The notes under the pieces: model-generated
The model's input: the letters and a program-made list of their open reading frames with translations, nothing else
Told to the model about the DNA's origin: nothing
Databases searched by the model: none
Part shown: positions 30,001-40,027 of the stretch, piece by piece
How positions within the stretch are numbered: the first letter of the stretch is position 1
Layout: each line of letters starts with the position of its first letter
Position numbers and translations under genes: made by a program
Assembly (NCBI GenBank): GCA_964609245.1
Contig: CAZSSB010000006.1
Coordinates: 34,056-98,055 of the forward strand
DNA: 64,000 nt
From: an uncultured Planctomycetales bacterium
GTDB lineage: Bacteria > 4484-113 > JAFGCY01
Reading direction: 5' to 3'

Positions 30001-30876
30001 ATCATCAGCCTGGTCCAGGGCCCGATCAGCAACGGCGGCACCTTCGGCAGCCTCTCGCAGATCGGCCTCGCGACCTCGGAAATCGGCGGGGGACCTGAGG
30101 TTGCCGCCATCAGCCTTGGGCGGCTGCTCTACCCCACCTCCGACCGCGAGACCATCACCGAGCTGGTGCAGAGCAGCAGCGAGCTGCAGGACGCGATCCG
30201 CAACAGCTCGGATGACCTGTACGAGCTGTTCGCCGGCCTGCCCGAGAGCTACTTCACCCACCAGGGCTCCCGCGATCTCTCCGGCGGCATCACGGTCAGC
30301 GACAGCCTGAGCTTCACGATCGGCAACGGCTCGGCGACCGCCTCGGTCACGTTCAACCCGGGCACCTATACGCAGACCACCGTGCTGAACGCCATCAACC
30401 AGCAGCTGTCAAGTTCCGGACTGTCAAGCTCGATCCTGGCATACTTCGATGCGAGTAGCCAGCTCAGCATGCGTGTGACAGAGCTCGACGGGCAGGCACG
30501 CCTCCAGCTTCAGGATCTCAGCACTGGCGGCGACAGCCTGCTGGGTATTCTGGGGCTGCAGCCGGGCGTCTTTCTGGGCCCCGACCCGAGTCTGACCAGT
30601 GGTGTGGCGCGGCGCACCAGAAGCTACGTGCAGAGCATCACCTCCAGCGGCGGCATTCTGATGGAGCGGCTCAAGCAGGGCGGCAGCTTCGACCGTCAGA
30701 TCGGCACCTACGACGATGCGATCCAGCGTCAGGAAGACTACCTGCTTGAGTACCAGACACGACTGCGCAATCAGTTCGCGCGGCTGGAGACGCAGCTGGC
30801 AACGCTGCAGAGCCAGAGCCAGGCGATCGAGCAGGCGCTGACCCAGCTGAACGCCGCCACGGGCAACAACCAGTAA
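27019..30876 (+). CDS. fliD: Flagellar filament cap protein FliD (giant, 1285 aa) with at least 4 internal flagellin-hook-IN-type motifs
   Basis: FliD N-terminal domain (FLGIASGTDW...LSNLRFESTFLSRTVESSDSGYVSAVAEAGAALGAYNVIVNRLA) and FliD C-terminal domain (RLRNQFARLETQLATLQSQSQAIEQAL). Central region carries repeated F-x-I-N-G...IN.SGAGV.A.YD modules. Confidence 0.8.
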   Translation: MSVQFLGIASGTDWNSYIDSMVQLRSGPMEKLIEQRERLEFNRSVTNTVNQRLLQFDTTLSNLRFESTFLSRTVESSDSGYVSAVAEAGAALGAYNVIVNRLARASRASSGLDGQVFSKVADLSQSQTIGINSLVPYGDFQSVRASASTLIADTQQAGQFGAAITAGDTITITGQLKDTTAVSGTFTFAGDETDTLERLATTIAQVFQGEIGGSVGSNGELVFIETDPSVAGDVTFNTTIPPLDLQFNDADYSGSTLTFGIGNNVAGAGATARRLVHTVAFTTSGSLELNDTTDLATLDQVTGTLDSGDIIRIAGYETNGSSIAPVDFTYTGAAGGQTIADLITSISGAFSSATASYQNGRIVLTADATGPSSLAVSLEFIDQGSATDFELDDFAVAETGRTASSQMITTGSFTVEGTGEHLLSTTDGKAGKIRGNLTLPDPSNTLGSFGVTEFDMLAIDPDGTAGPLGPVTITGLSEYSTLQDLVDVINEQVPTVTAQLDFNGTSYFFELMGNRGGQDIRVYDDASGILQILGAGNPTDIDTAVPDTYATSATTDSDDVTFVAWFRPDSGGPLQRTVWTGDEGGSIDTLIGGVAIVGLGGAFNAGTATVVTANSSELNTEQETYSYQFGSNAIVTDPPAHFPPLDPSLSLAEAGFATTPENAADNPLFHTDGFFTINGVRVNVGDVNTMTVNELLGAINTSGAGVSAYFDAANGRFYLRSNDTGPQNITLGGGGDTSNFLTIAGLTTDSGAVFSAGQQKGSIDTDLPLAQSGFNQTVTSGVFTINNTKITVDAGVDTLEDLISKINNSGAGVIASYDPVSDSIALQQDLDQNPTAYRISIGDAADTSNFLEAAQLTLDTTVPTQIGTTRQTAAFSVNGVSYTRSSNSVDDVVDKLTLSLNAVTTGPVTLTVSADTERIEGAIIDFVVDYNQTLELINGQPLSKEERKYTAELTDEDADQMTLDEIEEYLVRREELMVRDFVSRDSTIRNMSRRIISLVQGPISNGGTFGSLSQIGLATSEIGGGPEVAAISLGRLLYPTSDRETITELVQSSSELQDAIRNSSDDLYELFAGLPESYFTHQGSRDLSGGITVSDSLSFTIGNGSATASVTFNPGTYTQTTVLNAINQQLSSSGLSSSILAYFDASSQLSMRVTELDGQARLQLQDLSTGGDSLLGILGLQPGVFLGPDPSLTSGVARRTRSYVQSITSSGGILMERLKQGGSFDRQIGTYDDAIQRQEDYLLEYQTRLRNQFARLETQLATLQSQSQAIEQALTQLNAATGNNQ

Positions 30877-30955
30877 GCCGGGCTTACCCCGCCGGCCGGA
30901 CCTGGAGAACCCGGCCGGAACTTGAGCCGGTTACGTGCCAACCGGATTCTCCGCG

Positions 30956-30978
30956 GCCCGCCCTCGTGGCGGGCTTTT
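30956..30978 (+). terminator. Rho-independent terminator after fliD (GCCCGCC-CTCGT-GGCGGGC-TTTTG)
   Basis: Perfect 7-bp GC stem with a TTTT tail on the plus strand. Confidence 0.6.
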
Positions 30979-30989
30979 GCCTGAGCACC

Positions 30990-31919
30990 CTAATCGACCT
31001 GCGCGACTTCCCAGTGCCAGTTGCGCTCCAGCGTAATCAGCCGCTCGTCGAGGCTCTTGGAGACCAGGTCGCCACTACCGCTGGCGAGCACCGTACCGTT
31101 CAGCTGCTCGGCCACGGCGGCGTCCGCGACGAACGCCACGGTGAAGACCAACTCGAACGGCTGCGACTCGACGATGCTCTGGATGAAGCGCTCCGGCATC
31201 CGGCCGACGAGGCTGAACTCCCACCAGCCGTTCGGCTCATCCAGCTGCGCCTGATCCCAGTAGCAGTCGCTATAGGGCATATCGTCCCAGCGCTCCACAA
31301 CCAGCTCATCCTTGGACATCAGACCCCAGACCACCAGCATCGGCAGACGCGGTGTCGTGTTGCCCCTAACCTTGACCAGTCCCTGCGCCAGGAACTGCTG
31401 GCCGGGAGCCAGCGCAGTCAGGACATCGTGGGTTGCGGGATCCACCAGCCGCAGGTCCTGAATCACCACCTCGGGCATCGCCGGCCCGTTGATCACCGCC
31501 TCAACCTGATCGGCCTCGCGGTTGGCGCCGACCAGCTTGGCCTCCACGTCGAAGGTGAAGCGGTCTGCGCCGTACAGCTCGCCGATGTTCGCGACGTAGG
31601 GCAGCAAGTACTCGTGCTCGCCGGCGTTCAGCGTCAGCTCGCGGCTGTGCTTGTGCACGATGTCCCCGTTCCGGTCACTCAGCACCAGGAACAGCTCGAC
31701 CGTCTTGCGCCGCTCGTAGCCCTCGGTTACGAACCGCACCAGGGCGCTGAGCCGCACCTGCTGCGGCCAGTTGAACTCCGTCCGCGGATGCTGCTTGCCC
31801 TCGGTCGGATCGAAGGTAAACGTCTCCAGGATGCGGATCGCGGGCTCCTGGGCCAGCGCCGCGGATACGGACGCCAGCAGCAGCACCGTGGCGACAATCA
31901 GAATCATCCATCTGGACAT
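30990..31919 (-). CDS. Hypothetical secreted protein
   Basis: Signal peptide MSRWMILIVATVLLLASVSAALAQEP. No recognised domain. Confidence 0.55.
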   Translation of the reverse strand: MSRWMILIVATVLLLASVSAALAQEPAIRILETFTFDPTEGKQHPRTEFNWPQQVRLSALVRFVTEGYERRKTVELFLVLSDRNGDIVHKHSRELTLNAGEHEYLLPYVANIGELYGADRFTFDVEAKLVGANREADQVEAVINGPAMPEVVIQDLRLVDPATHDVLTALAPGQQFLAQGLVKVRGNTTPRLPMLVVWGLMSKDELVVERWDDMPYSDCYWDQAQLDEPNGWWEFSLVGRMPERFIQSIVESQPFELVFTVAFVADAAVAEQLNGTVLASGSGDLVSKSLDERLITLERNWHWEVAQVD

Positions 31920-31985
31920 GACAACCTCCCCGGCCATGACTGCCCAGTAGTTGTACCATGCTGCTCCCGTGCCGCGGCTGCCGCC

Positions 31986-33221
<1,236 letters not shown>

Positions 33222-33234
33222 CTCTTCCCCCTAG

Positions 33235-34233
33235 CTAATGTCTCTGCAGGACGGTGATCGCCGCCACGCTCACGATGTCGTCGACGCTGCAGCCCCGGCT
33301 GAGGTCGTTGACCGGCAGCGCCAGGCCCTGGCTGACCGGCCCGATCGCCTCGGCGTGGGCCAGCCGCTGGGTCAGCTTGTAGCCGATGTTGGCCGCATCG
33401 AGATCCGGGAACACCAGCACGTTGGCATGGCCGGCCACCGGATCGCCCGGCGCCTTCTTCTGGCCGATTGACTCGATCAGGGCGGCGTCGGCCTGCAGTT
33501 CGCCCGAGGCCATCAGCTCCGGCGCCCGCTCGTGCAGCAGCCGCGTCGCCTCCACCACCTTGTCCACGTCCGGATTGTGCCCGCCGCTGCCGTTGGTGGA
33601 GAAGCTGAGCATCGCCACCCTGGGGTCGACGTCGCACAGCGCCCGCGCGGTGGCGGCGCTGCTGACCGCGATGTCGGCCAACTGCTCCGCGGTCGGCTGC
33701 GGGTTGATCGCGCAGTCGGCGAAAACCATCGTGCCGTGCTCGCCGTACTCGCAGTGGGGCACGATCATGATGAAACTGGAGCTGACGATGCTGACTCCCG
33801 GGGCCGTCCCGATGCACTGGAAGGCGGCGCGCAGCACGTTGGCTGTCGAGTTCAGCGCCCCGGCCACCATCCCGTCGGCCAGTCCCTCACGGACCATCAG
33901 CGCCCCGAAGTACAAGGGGTCCTTGACGGTCTCCCGCGCCTCATCCAGCGTCACGCCCTTCTTGGCCCTCAATTCGGCGAATCTGGCGGCCAGGCGTTCG
34001 TGGTGCTCGCTGGTCGCGGGATCGATCACTGCGATTCCCGCCAGGGCGACGTCCTCGCTGGCGGCCAGCTGCTGTACAGCCTCCTCCTTCCCCAGCAGGG
34101 TCACGCGGCTGATGCCGTCGTCAACCAGCCGGCGCGCCGCGTGATACATCCGCGGCTCGTCGCCCTCGGGCAGCACGATGTGGCCGCCCAAAGCGGCCGC
34201 GCGACGGCGCAAGTTATCGACAAAGTCGCTCAT
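33235..34233 (-). CDS. pta: Phosphate acetyltransferase (short form)
   Basis: Pta catalytic domain (...GAVNSTANVLRAA...SGPVSQG...). Forms a pta-ackA operon. Confidence 0.9.
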   Translation of the reverse strand: MSDFVDNLRRRAAALGGHIVLPEGDEPRMYHAARRLVDDGISRVTLLGKEEAVQQLAASEDVALAGIAVIDPATSEHHERLAARFAELRAKKGVTLDEARETVKDPLYFGALMVREGLADGMVAGALNSTANVLRAAFQCIGTAPGVSIVSSSFIMIVPHCEYGEHGTMVFADCAINPQPTAEQLADIAVSSAATARALCDVDPRVAMLSFSTNGSGGHNPDVDKVVEATRLLHERAPELMASGELQADAALIESIGQKKAPGDPVAGHANVLVFPDLDAANIGYKLTQRLAHAEAIGPVSQGLALPVNDLSRGCSVDDIVSVAAITVLQRH

Positions 34234-34512
34234 GCGAAACTTACCTCACATCAGAAGAGTGTGTGATTTGGCGCCCGCCGATTCGGGGCGCGCCTGTATT
34301 GTAGTACCTGACGGCGCGTTTGACTCGCCTATGCGCTAGCTTAGCCGAAATCCGCCACAGCCGCCCGGACGGGGCCGATGTGGGTATACCAGAGAGCCGG
34401 CACGCACGAGGTACACTAGGGACACGGGACAACGCTTGCCTTTACTACCCATTCGAAGTGCTGACGAAGGTACATGCCGGCCAGCGACCCCAGACAGTGA
34501 CGGACAGCAGCC

Positions 34513-36399
34513 ATGTGGTGGCATCTGGACGAAACCGATACGGACGTGCGCCAGCAGAGCGTGCGCGAGCTGCTGCCCAAAATCATCCCGCTGTTCTATC
34601 CCCACCGGCGCTTCCTGCTCGCCGGCTACGGCCTACTGCTGATCATCACCGCCTGCTTCCTGGCCGGCCCCAAGCTGATCCAGTACATCATCGACCATTT
34701 CCTGAACAGCGATCTGGCTTCAGTCGCGGCAGTCCCTGAGCCCGAGCGCATCCAGGGCCTGCTGATCGCCGCGGGGATCTACGTGCTGGTTGCGATCACC
34801 TTCGCCAGCGTCGGTTACCTCCAGGGCATCACCCTCTTCCGCCTGGGCATCAACATCGTCACCGACCTCAAGTCGAAGCTCTTCACCCACGTGCTGCACC
34901 TGGGGCTGGACTTCCACGAGGAGCAGTCACCGGGCAAGCTGATCAGCCGTGTCGAGAGCGACACCGAGACGCTCAAGGAGTTGTTCAGCGACGTGACGGT
35001 CAACCTGCTGCGCAACATCCTGTTCTTCGTCGGCATCCTGGTCATGATGCTCATCGAGGACTTCAGCATCGGCGTCTGGATTCTGCTGTTGGTGCCGCTG
35101 CTGTTTGCCGCAACGTTCTGGTTCATCAACTACATGCGCAAGTACTGGCGCGAATGGCGCGTGCAGTGGGCGATACTCATGGGTTACGTCACCGAATACG
35201 TGCAGGGCATCGACGTCATCCAGCAGTTCAACTACCAGCAGCGTTCCCGCGCGCGGATGCGCGAAACCAGCATGGGCAAGTACCGCGTCGAGGTGCCGGC
35301 TTCGTTCCTCGATTACGGCTTCTGGGGCGCGTTTCTGTTCGGCGAGATCATAGCGATGATCATCGTGCTGGCGGTGGGCATCCAGGGCGTGATGGCCCAG
35401 ACGGTCACCATCGGCACGGTAGTGATGTTCTTCCTCTACATCCAGCAGATGTTCCAGCCGATCATGCAGCTCAGCGAGCAACTCAACTTCGTCCAGCGCT
35501 CGCTGATCAGCGTCGAGCGCGTGTTCGGCATCCTCGAAACCAAACCCGCGGTAGCCGACGGTCCCAGGCCCGCCGCCGAGCTGGCGTTCAACGGCGAGAT
35601 CACCTTCGAGAACGTCTGGTTCGCCTACAAGCGCAAGGCGGGAGACGGTGACTACGCACAGTCCGACGCCGATCCGTACGGGCAGCCGGAGGGCGACTGG
35701 GAGTGGGTGCTGCGCGACGTCAACTTCACCATTCCCAAGGGGCACAACATCGCGCTGGTCGGCGCCTCGGGCGGCGGCAAGAGCACCATCGTCAGCCTGC
35801 TGCTGCGTTTCTACGATCCCCAGCGCGGGCGGATTCTGGTGGACGGCCGCGATATCCGGGACTTCCCGCTCAAGGCCTGGCGCATCCACATCGGCCTGGT
35901 GCTGCAGGACGTGTTCCTGTTTCCCGGCAGCGTCGGGGAAAACCTCCGCGTGTTCAACGCCTCGATCGCCGACGAGCAGGTCAGACAGGCGGCCGCGGTT
36001 ACCCGCGCGGATCGGATCATCGAGCACCTGCCGGACGCCTACGACGGCGAACTCGCCGAGCGCGGCGCCAACCTCAGCGTCGGCGAGCGCCAGCTGCTGA
36101 GCTTCGCCCGCGCGCTGGCGCAGAACCCGCCGCTGCTGGTGCTCGATGAAGCCACCTCCAGCGTCGATCCCCACACCGAGCGGCTGGTGCAGGAGGCGCT
36201 GGAGAAGCTGCTGGAAGGGCGCACCGGAGTGATCGTCGCCCACCGGCTGAGCACCATCCTCGGCGCCGACCGCATCATGCTGATCCACCAGGGCGAAGTC
36301 GCCGAGCGCGGCAACCACCAGGAGCTGATGCAGCTCGACGGCCTGTACGCCAAGCTGTTCAAGCTGCAGTTCGCCGGGCACAGCGGGGGTGCACCGTGA
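34513..36399 (+). CDS. ABC exporter, fused permease-ATPase (half-transporter A of a heterodimeric pair); NBD carries an acidic insert before Walker A
   Basis: Six TM helices then an NBD with GASGGGKST, LSVGERQLLSFARAL and VLDEATSSVD. A GDGDYAQSDADPYGQPEGDWE insert precedes Walker A. Confidence 0.9.
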   Translation: MWWHLDETDTDVRQQSVRELLPKIIPLFYPHRRFLLAGYGLLLIITACFLAGPKLIQYIIDHFLNSDLASVAAVPEPERIQGLLIAAGIYVLVAITFASVGYLQGITLFRLGINIVTDLKSKLFTHVLHLGLDFHEEQSPGKLISRVESDTETLKELFSDVTVNLLRNILFFVGILVMMLIEDFSIGVWILLLVPLLFAATFWFINYMRKYWREWRVQWAILMGYVTEYVQGIDVIQQFNYQQRSRARMRETSMGKYRVEVPASFLDYGFWGAFLFGEIIAMIIVLAVGIQGVMAQTVTIGTVVMFFLYIQQMFQPIMQLSEQLNFVQRSLISVERVFGILETKPAVADGPRPAAELAFNGEITFENVWFAYKRKAGDGDYAQSDADPYGQPEGDWEWVLRDVNFTIPKGHNIALVGASGGGKSTIVSLLLRFYDPQRGRILVDGRDIRDFPLKAWRIHIGLVLQDVFLFPGSVGENLRVFNASIADEQVRQAAAVTRADRIIEHLPDAYDGELAERGANLSVGERQLLSFARALAQNPPLLVLDEATSSVDPHTERLVQEALEKLLEGRTGVIVAHRLSTILGADRIMLIHQGEVAERGNHQELMQLDGLYAKLFKLQFAGHSGGAP

Positions 36400-38168
36400 A
36401 GCACATCCGCTGGATTCGAGAAGTCTGGAAACCCCACACCGGCTGGCTGTGGCTGCTGCTGTTCATGACGCTGCTCTCCAGCGCGGTCACCCTCGCTTTC
36501 CCGCGCGTGATCGGCTTCGTCGTGGATGCGGTCAACGCCCTGACTCCGGAGACCGATCCCGCAAGCGCCCGGCGCATGGCCGTCACCTACATGCTGATCC
36601 TGGCCGGAGTTGGTCTGGCACGCACCCTGGCCCACTTCTACCCGGCCACGCGCGCGCTGGTCAACTGCAAGATCGAGGTCGACGTCCGCCAGAAGTACTT
36701 CAGCCAGATCGTCGACAAGGGCTACCGCTTCTTCAACAAGTTCCGCACCGGCGACCTGGTAACGCGGCTGACCGATGACATCGGCGGCTTCCCCAAGATC
36801 GCCTGGTTCTGCTGCAGCGGCATCTTCCGCGCCGTCGAGTCCGCCAGCAAGTTCCTGTTCTGCGTGATCTACATGCTGACGATGAACTGGCTGCTGACGC
36901 TGCTGATCATCACGCCGCTACCGGTGATGCTGTTTATCTTCTACCGCGTGCGCACGGCGCTGACCCGGCGCAGCCTGGAACGCCAGAAGATCATCTCCAC
37001 CACCAACGACGCGCTGGAATCGTCCTTCAGCGGCATCCGCATCCTCAAGGCGTTCCGCGGCGAGCAGGAGCAGTCGCAGCGCTTCGATGACATCCTGCGC
37101 GAGCGCATCGAAGTTGAGTTCAAGCTGATGAAGCTCTGGATGATGATGCACAACACCTTCATGGGCGTGCAGTTCCTCGGGCAGATCATCGTCGTCGTCG
37201 CGGGCGGCCTGATGGTGATCAACGGCACGTTGAGAATCGGCGATCTGACTGCGTTCTTCATGTACGTCGGCCTGCTGCTGCCGCCGATGATGGACATCCC
37301 CAACCTGTTCGTCACCAGCCGCACCGCCTTCGCTTGCATCGACCGCGAGATCGAGATCGAAGACACGCCCGGCGGCACCGAGACCTGGGCCAAGGGTACG
37401 CTGCAGTTGCCGCGCTTCGAGTCGGTCGTGCTGGCGGGCGTCGGCTTCAGCTACAACGAGGGCGCACCCACGCTGGAGGGTATCGACTTCACGCTCGAGC
37501 GCGGCCAGCGCGTGGCGGTCGTCGGGGCCGTCGGCAGCGGCAAGACGACTCTGCTCAAGGTGCTGGCCGGCCAGCTGCCGCCGCATCAGGGAGCGATCCT
37601 GCTTAACGGCGAGCGGTTGGAGAAATACGACCTGGCGAGCTACCGCCGGGTCAGCGGCTATATCCCGCAGGAAGCGACGCTGTTCTCCGAAAGCGTCTCA
37701 GAGAACGTCAGCTTCGGCCGCGACCTCGACGCAGAGGCAATTGAGCAGGCGCTCCAGCTGGCTCAGGTGCACGCCGAGATGAAAGCGCTGCCCGAGGGCC
37801 TCGAGCAGGTGCTCGGCCAGAAGGGCCTGAGCATCTCCGGCGGCCAGAAGCAGCGGCTGGCGATCGCGCGGGCGCTGGCCGGCGGACCGCAGCTGCTGCT
37901 GATGGACGACTGCACCAGCGCGCTGGACGCCGAGAACGAGCGCGCCTTCTGGGCCGAGTTCACGGCGCGCTATCCGCAGGCGGCCTGCCTGATCGTCACC
38001 CACCGGCTGTCCACCGCGCGCCAGGCGGACGTGATCTACGTGCTGGCGGCGGGCAAGGTGGTGGGCCAGGGCAGCCACGAGCAGCTGCTGGAGAGCTGCG
38101 AGGAGTACCGCCAGCTGCTGACCAGGGAGGAGCTGCGCAGCGCGCTGGGAATGAAGCGCACGGCGTAG
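36396..38168 (+). CDS. ABC exporter, fused permease-ATPase (half-transporter B)
   Basis: GTG start overlaps the partner stop (GTGA). GAVGSGKTT, LSGGQKQRLAIARAL, LLMDDCTSALD. Confidence 0.9.
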   Translation: MKHIRWIREVWKPHTGWLWLLLFMTLLSSAVTLAFPRVIGFVVDAVNALTPETDPASARRMAVTYMLILAGVGLARTLAHFYPATRALVNCKIEVDVRQKYFSQIVDKGYRFFNKFRTGDLVTRLTDDIGGFPKIAWFCCSGIFRAVESASKFLFCVIYMLTMNWLLTLLIITPLPVMLFIFYRVRTALTRRSLERQKIISTTNDALESSFSGIRILKAFRGEQEQSQRFDDILRERIEVEFKLMKLWMMMHNTFMGVQFLGQIIVVVAGGLMVINGTLRIGDLTAFFMYVGLLLPPMMDIPNLFVTSRTAFACIDREIEIEDTPGGTETWAKGTLQLPRFESVVLAGVGFSYNEGAPTLEGIDFTLERGQRVAVVGAVGSGKTTLLKVLAGQLPPHQGAILLNGERLEKYDLASYRRVSGYIPQEATLFSESVSENVSFGRDLDAEAIEQALQLAQVHAEMKALPEGLEQVLGQKGLSISGGQKQRLAIARALAGGPQLLLMDDCTSALDAENERAFWAEFTARYPQAACLIVTHRLSTARQADVIYVLAAGKVVGQGSHEQLLESCEEYRQLLTREELRSALGMKRTA

Positions 38169-38188
38169 TTGGCTCGCGCCCCGCGGCG

Positions 38189-40027
38189 CTATTCGGTGAT
38201 CTGCCGGACGATCGTCTGCGCCCAGTAGCGCGGGTCGGGGCCGCCGGGGCCCTCGTCGAGCAGGTAGATGCCGAGCACCAGCTCGTCGCCCGGCGCAAGG
38301 TCGGTCGGGTCGAGCGGATTGAGATTCTCCATCGGTTCGCCCACCAGCAGCTCGCCGAACATCGTCAGTTCGGAGAACAGCACGTCGACCGCGCCGTGAT
38401 AGACGTCGCCGCCCGCCGTGACCTCCACCGCGTCGGGCACGGACAGCACGCCGCTGGCTTCGTCGAAGGAGCCGACGGTGGCGGTGAACTTCACCCCGAT
38501 CGCCCAGATCGCGCTGTAGCGGTCGATGTCCAGCACCTGATCCAGCCGCGCGACGCTGATGCCATCGTGATCCGGGTCGCTGAGATGGGCCTCGAACTCG
38601 TGGTCGGCGGCCGGGCCGTTAAGGCGGCTGACCACGTCTCCGACGTAGCTGACGCGTGTCTGGCTCTCCGTTGCTTCATCCTTGAGCGTCTCGGTGACAT
38701 CCACGTTGACGAAGTAGCCGCCCAGCGGATTCTCAGTCAGGGTGATGGCGACGTCTAGGTGCAGCGGCACCAGGTCCTTGGGCAGCCTGAACGGCACGGC
38801 GGTGAAGACGATGTCCTCGTTGCCGACGGCCGCGGCGGACTTGGCATTGCCGGTGGCCAGATCGACGGCGGGCGCGTAGAGCACCTCCAGCAGCAGCGCC
38901 TGGTCGCGCGGCAGCTCAACAAAGCTGGCCTGCCCCGGCGCGGCGTAGAGGGCCTCGCCGATAAGGTCAAGGCCGAGACGTTCGTCGATTTCGAGATTGT
39001 TGACGATATCAATTGGCTCAATGATGCGGAGAATCTCTGTGCTTCCCAATGACTGCGCCGGACCGCTGTCATTCAGACCGAGCAAGCTCAAACCACTGAT
39101 GGACACGGCCGCTGTCACGTCTATCAGGCTGCCCGGGTTAACGTTGGCGTTGGGATCATCGGGAGGATTGCCGTCCAGGTCGATGGGCAAGACCTCCCAC
39201 TCGTCGGCCGGGGTGCCCTCCAGGACGATGCTGTAGCGGGGGGGGAGACCCGCGCGAATCGTGACGTACTGACTGTCCGTACGATTCACCGTCGGCGGCC
39301 AGCCGGTGTCCGGATGCGGCATCGCGGCACCGTTACGCCGTACCGAGTAGCCGCTGACGGAGTACCCGTAGTTCTGTCCGATCTTGGTAATGTCACCGAG
39401 ATCGACCATGCCGTCTCTGCCACCGTCTACCCAGTAGGCGGTTTCCAGCGGCGAGAAACCGATAGCAGCATTAGCCGCAACATTGAAGTACTGGCCGACC
39501 GGCGTGATGTCGCTGACATTGATGAGCCCGTCGAAGTTGTAGTCACCGGTGTTGGACTCCGTCCATTCGAGGCGGACGTGTGACTCGTCTTCCTGCGTGA
39601 CGGTCAGATCCAGGACCGGGCTCTTCACCACCACCGGAGCTTCACTGCTCAGTTTGCTTCCGGCGCCCAGTTCCAGCTCAACCGAAACCGGTTCACCTGA
39701 GTATGTGCCCAGCGGAACGACGCCGATTTCCGCGCCTTCGCCGGTCGGAACGAGGAGTCTCAAGGCGTGCTCGTCGCCATTCCACCGCTCCGCGCGAATC
39801 GCCATGTCCGGCGCCAGCAGCAACGAGACAAACTGCCCGTCGGCCGGGACCTCAGTGAAGGAGAGCTCGACGCGATCTGCAGCCGAGGACAGCCTGACAC
39901 CTGCGATTGACGAGCCAACGAGCGGAGCGATGCTGACTGCGTGCTCCGGCTGGCTGAGGCCCCCGCCTGCGCAACCGCTGCACACTGCCAGTGCGACAGC
40001 CGCCAGTATGTACCCCCAGTGTCTCAT
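38189..40027 (-). CDS. Lipoprotein with dockerin-like Ca-binding repeats
   Basis: Lipobox LAVCSGC. Dockerin type-I-like pair DYNFDGLINVSDITPVGQYFN and DGMVDLGDITKIGQNYG. Paralogous to 59194..60654. Start overlaps the mocR stop by 4 nt. Confidence 0.7.
   Translation of the reverse strand: MRHWGYILAAVALAVCSGCAGGGLSQPEHAVSIAPLVGSSIAGVRLSSAADRVELSFTEVPADGQFVSLLLAPDMAIRAERWNGDEHALRLLVPTGEGAEIGVVPLGTYSGEPVSVELELGAGSKLSSEAPVVVKSPVLDLTVTQEDESHVRLEWTESNTGDYNFDGLINVSDITPVGQYFNVAANAAIGFSPLETAYWVDGGRDGMVDLGDITKIGQNYGYSVSGYSVRRNGAAMPHPDTGWPPTVNRTDSQYVTIRAGLPPRYSIVLEGTPADEWEVLPIDLDGNPPDDPNANVNPGSLIDVTAAVSISGLSLLGLNDSGPAQSLGSTEILRIIEPIDIVNNLEIDERLGLDLIGEALYAAPGQASFVELPRDQALLLEVLYAPAVDLATGNAKSAAAVGNEDIVFTAVPFRLPKDLVPLHLDVAITLTENPLGGYFVNVDVTETLKDEATESQTRVSYVGDVVSRLNGPAADHEFEAHLSDPDHDGISVARLDQVLDIDRYSAIWAIGVKFTATVGSFDEASGVLSVPDAVEVTAGGDVYHGAVDVLFSELTMFGELLVGEPMENLNPLDPTDLAPGDELVLGIYLLDEGPGGPDPRYWAQTIVRQITE

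Noticed and set aside
26941-30261. 695-aa and 362-aa minus-strand ORFs
   Set aside because: Antisense to fliD, whose N- and C-terminal FliD domains are recognisable.
34927-36381. 484-aa minus-strand ORF
   Set aside because: Antisense to the ABC exporter with canonical Walker/signature motifs.
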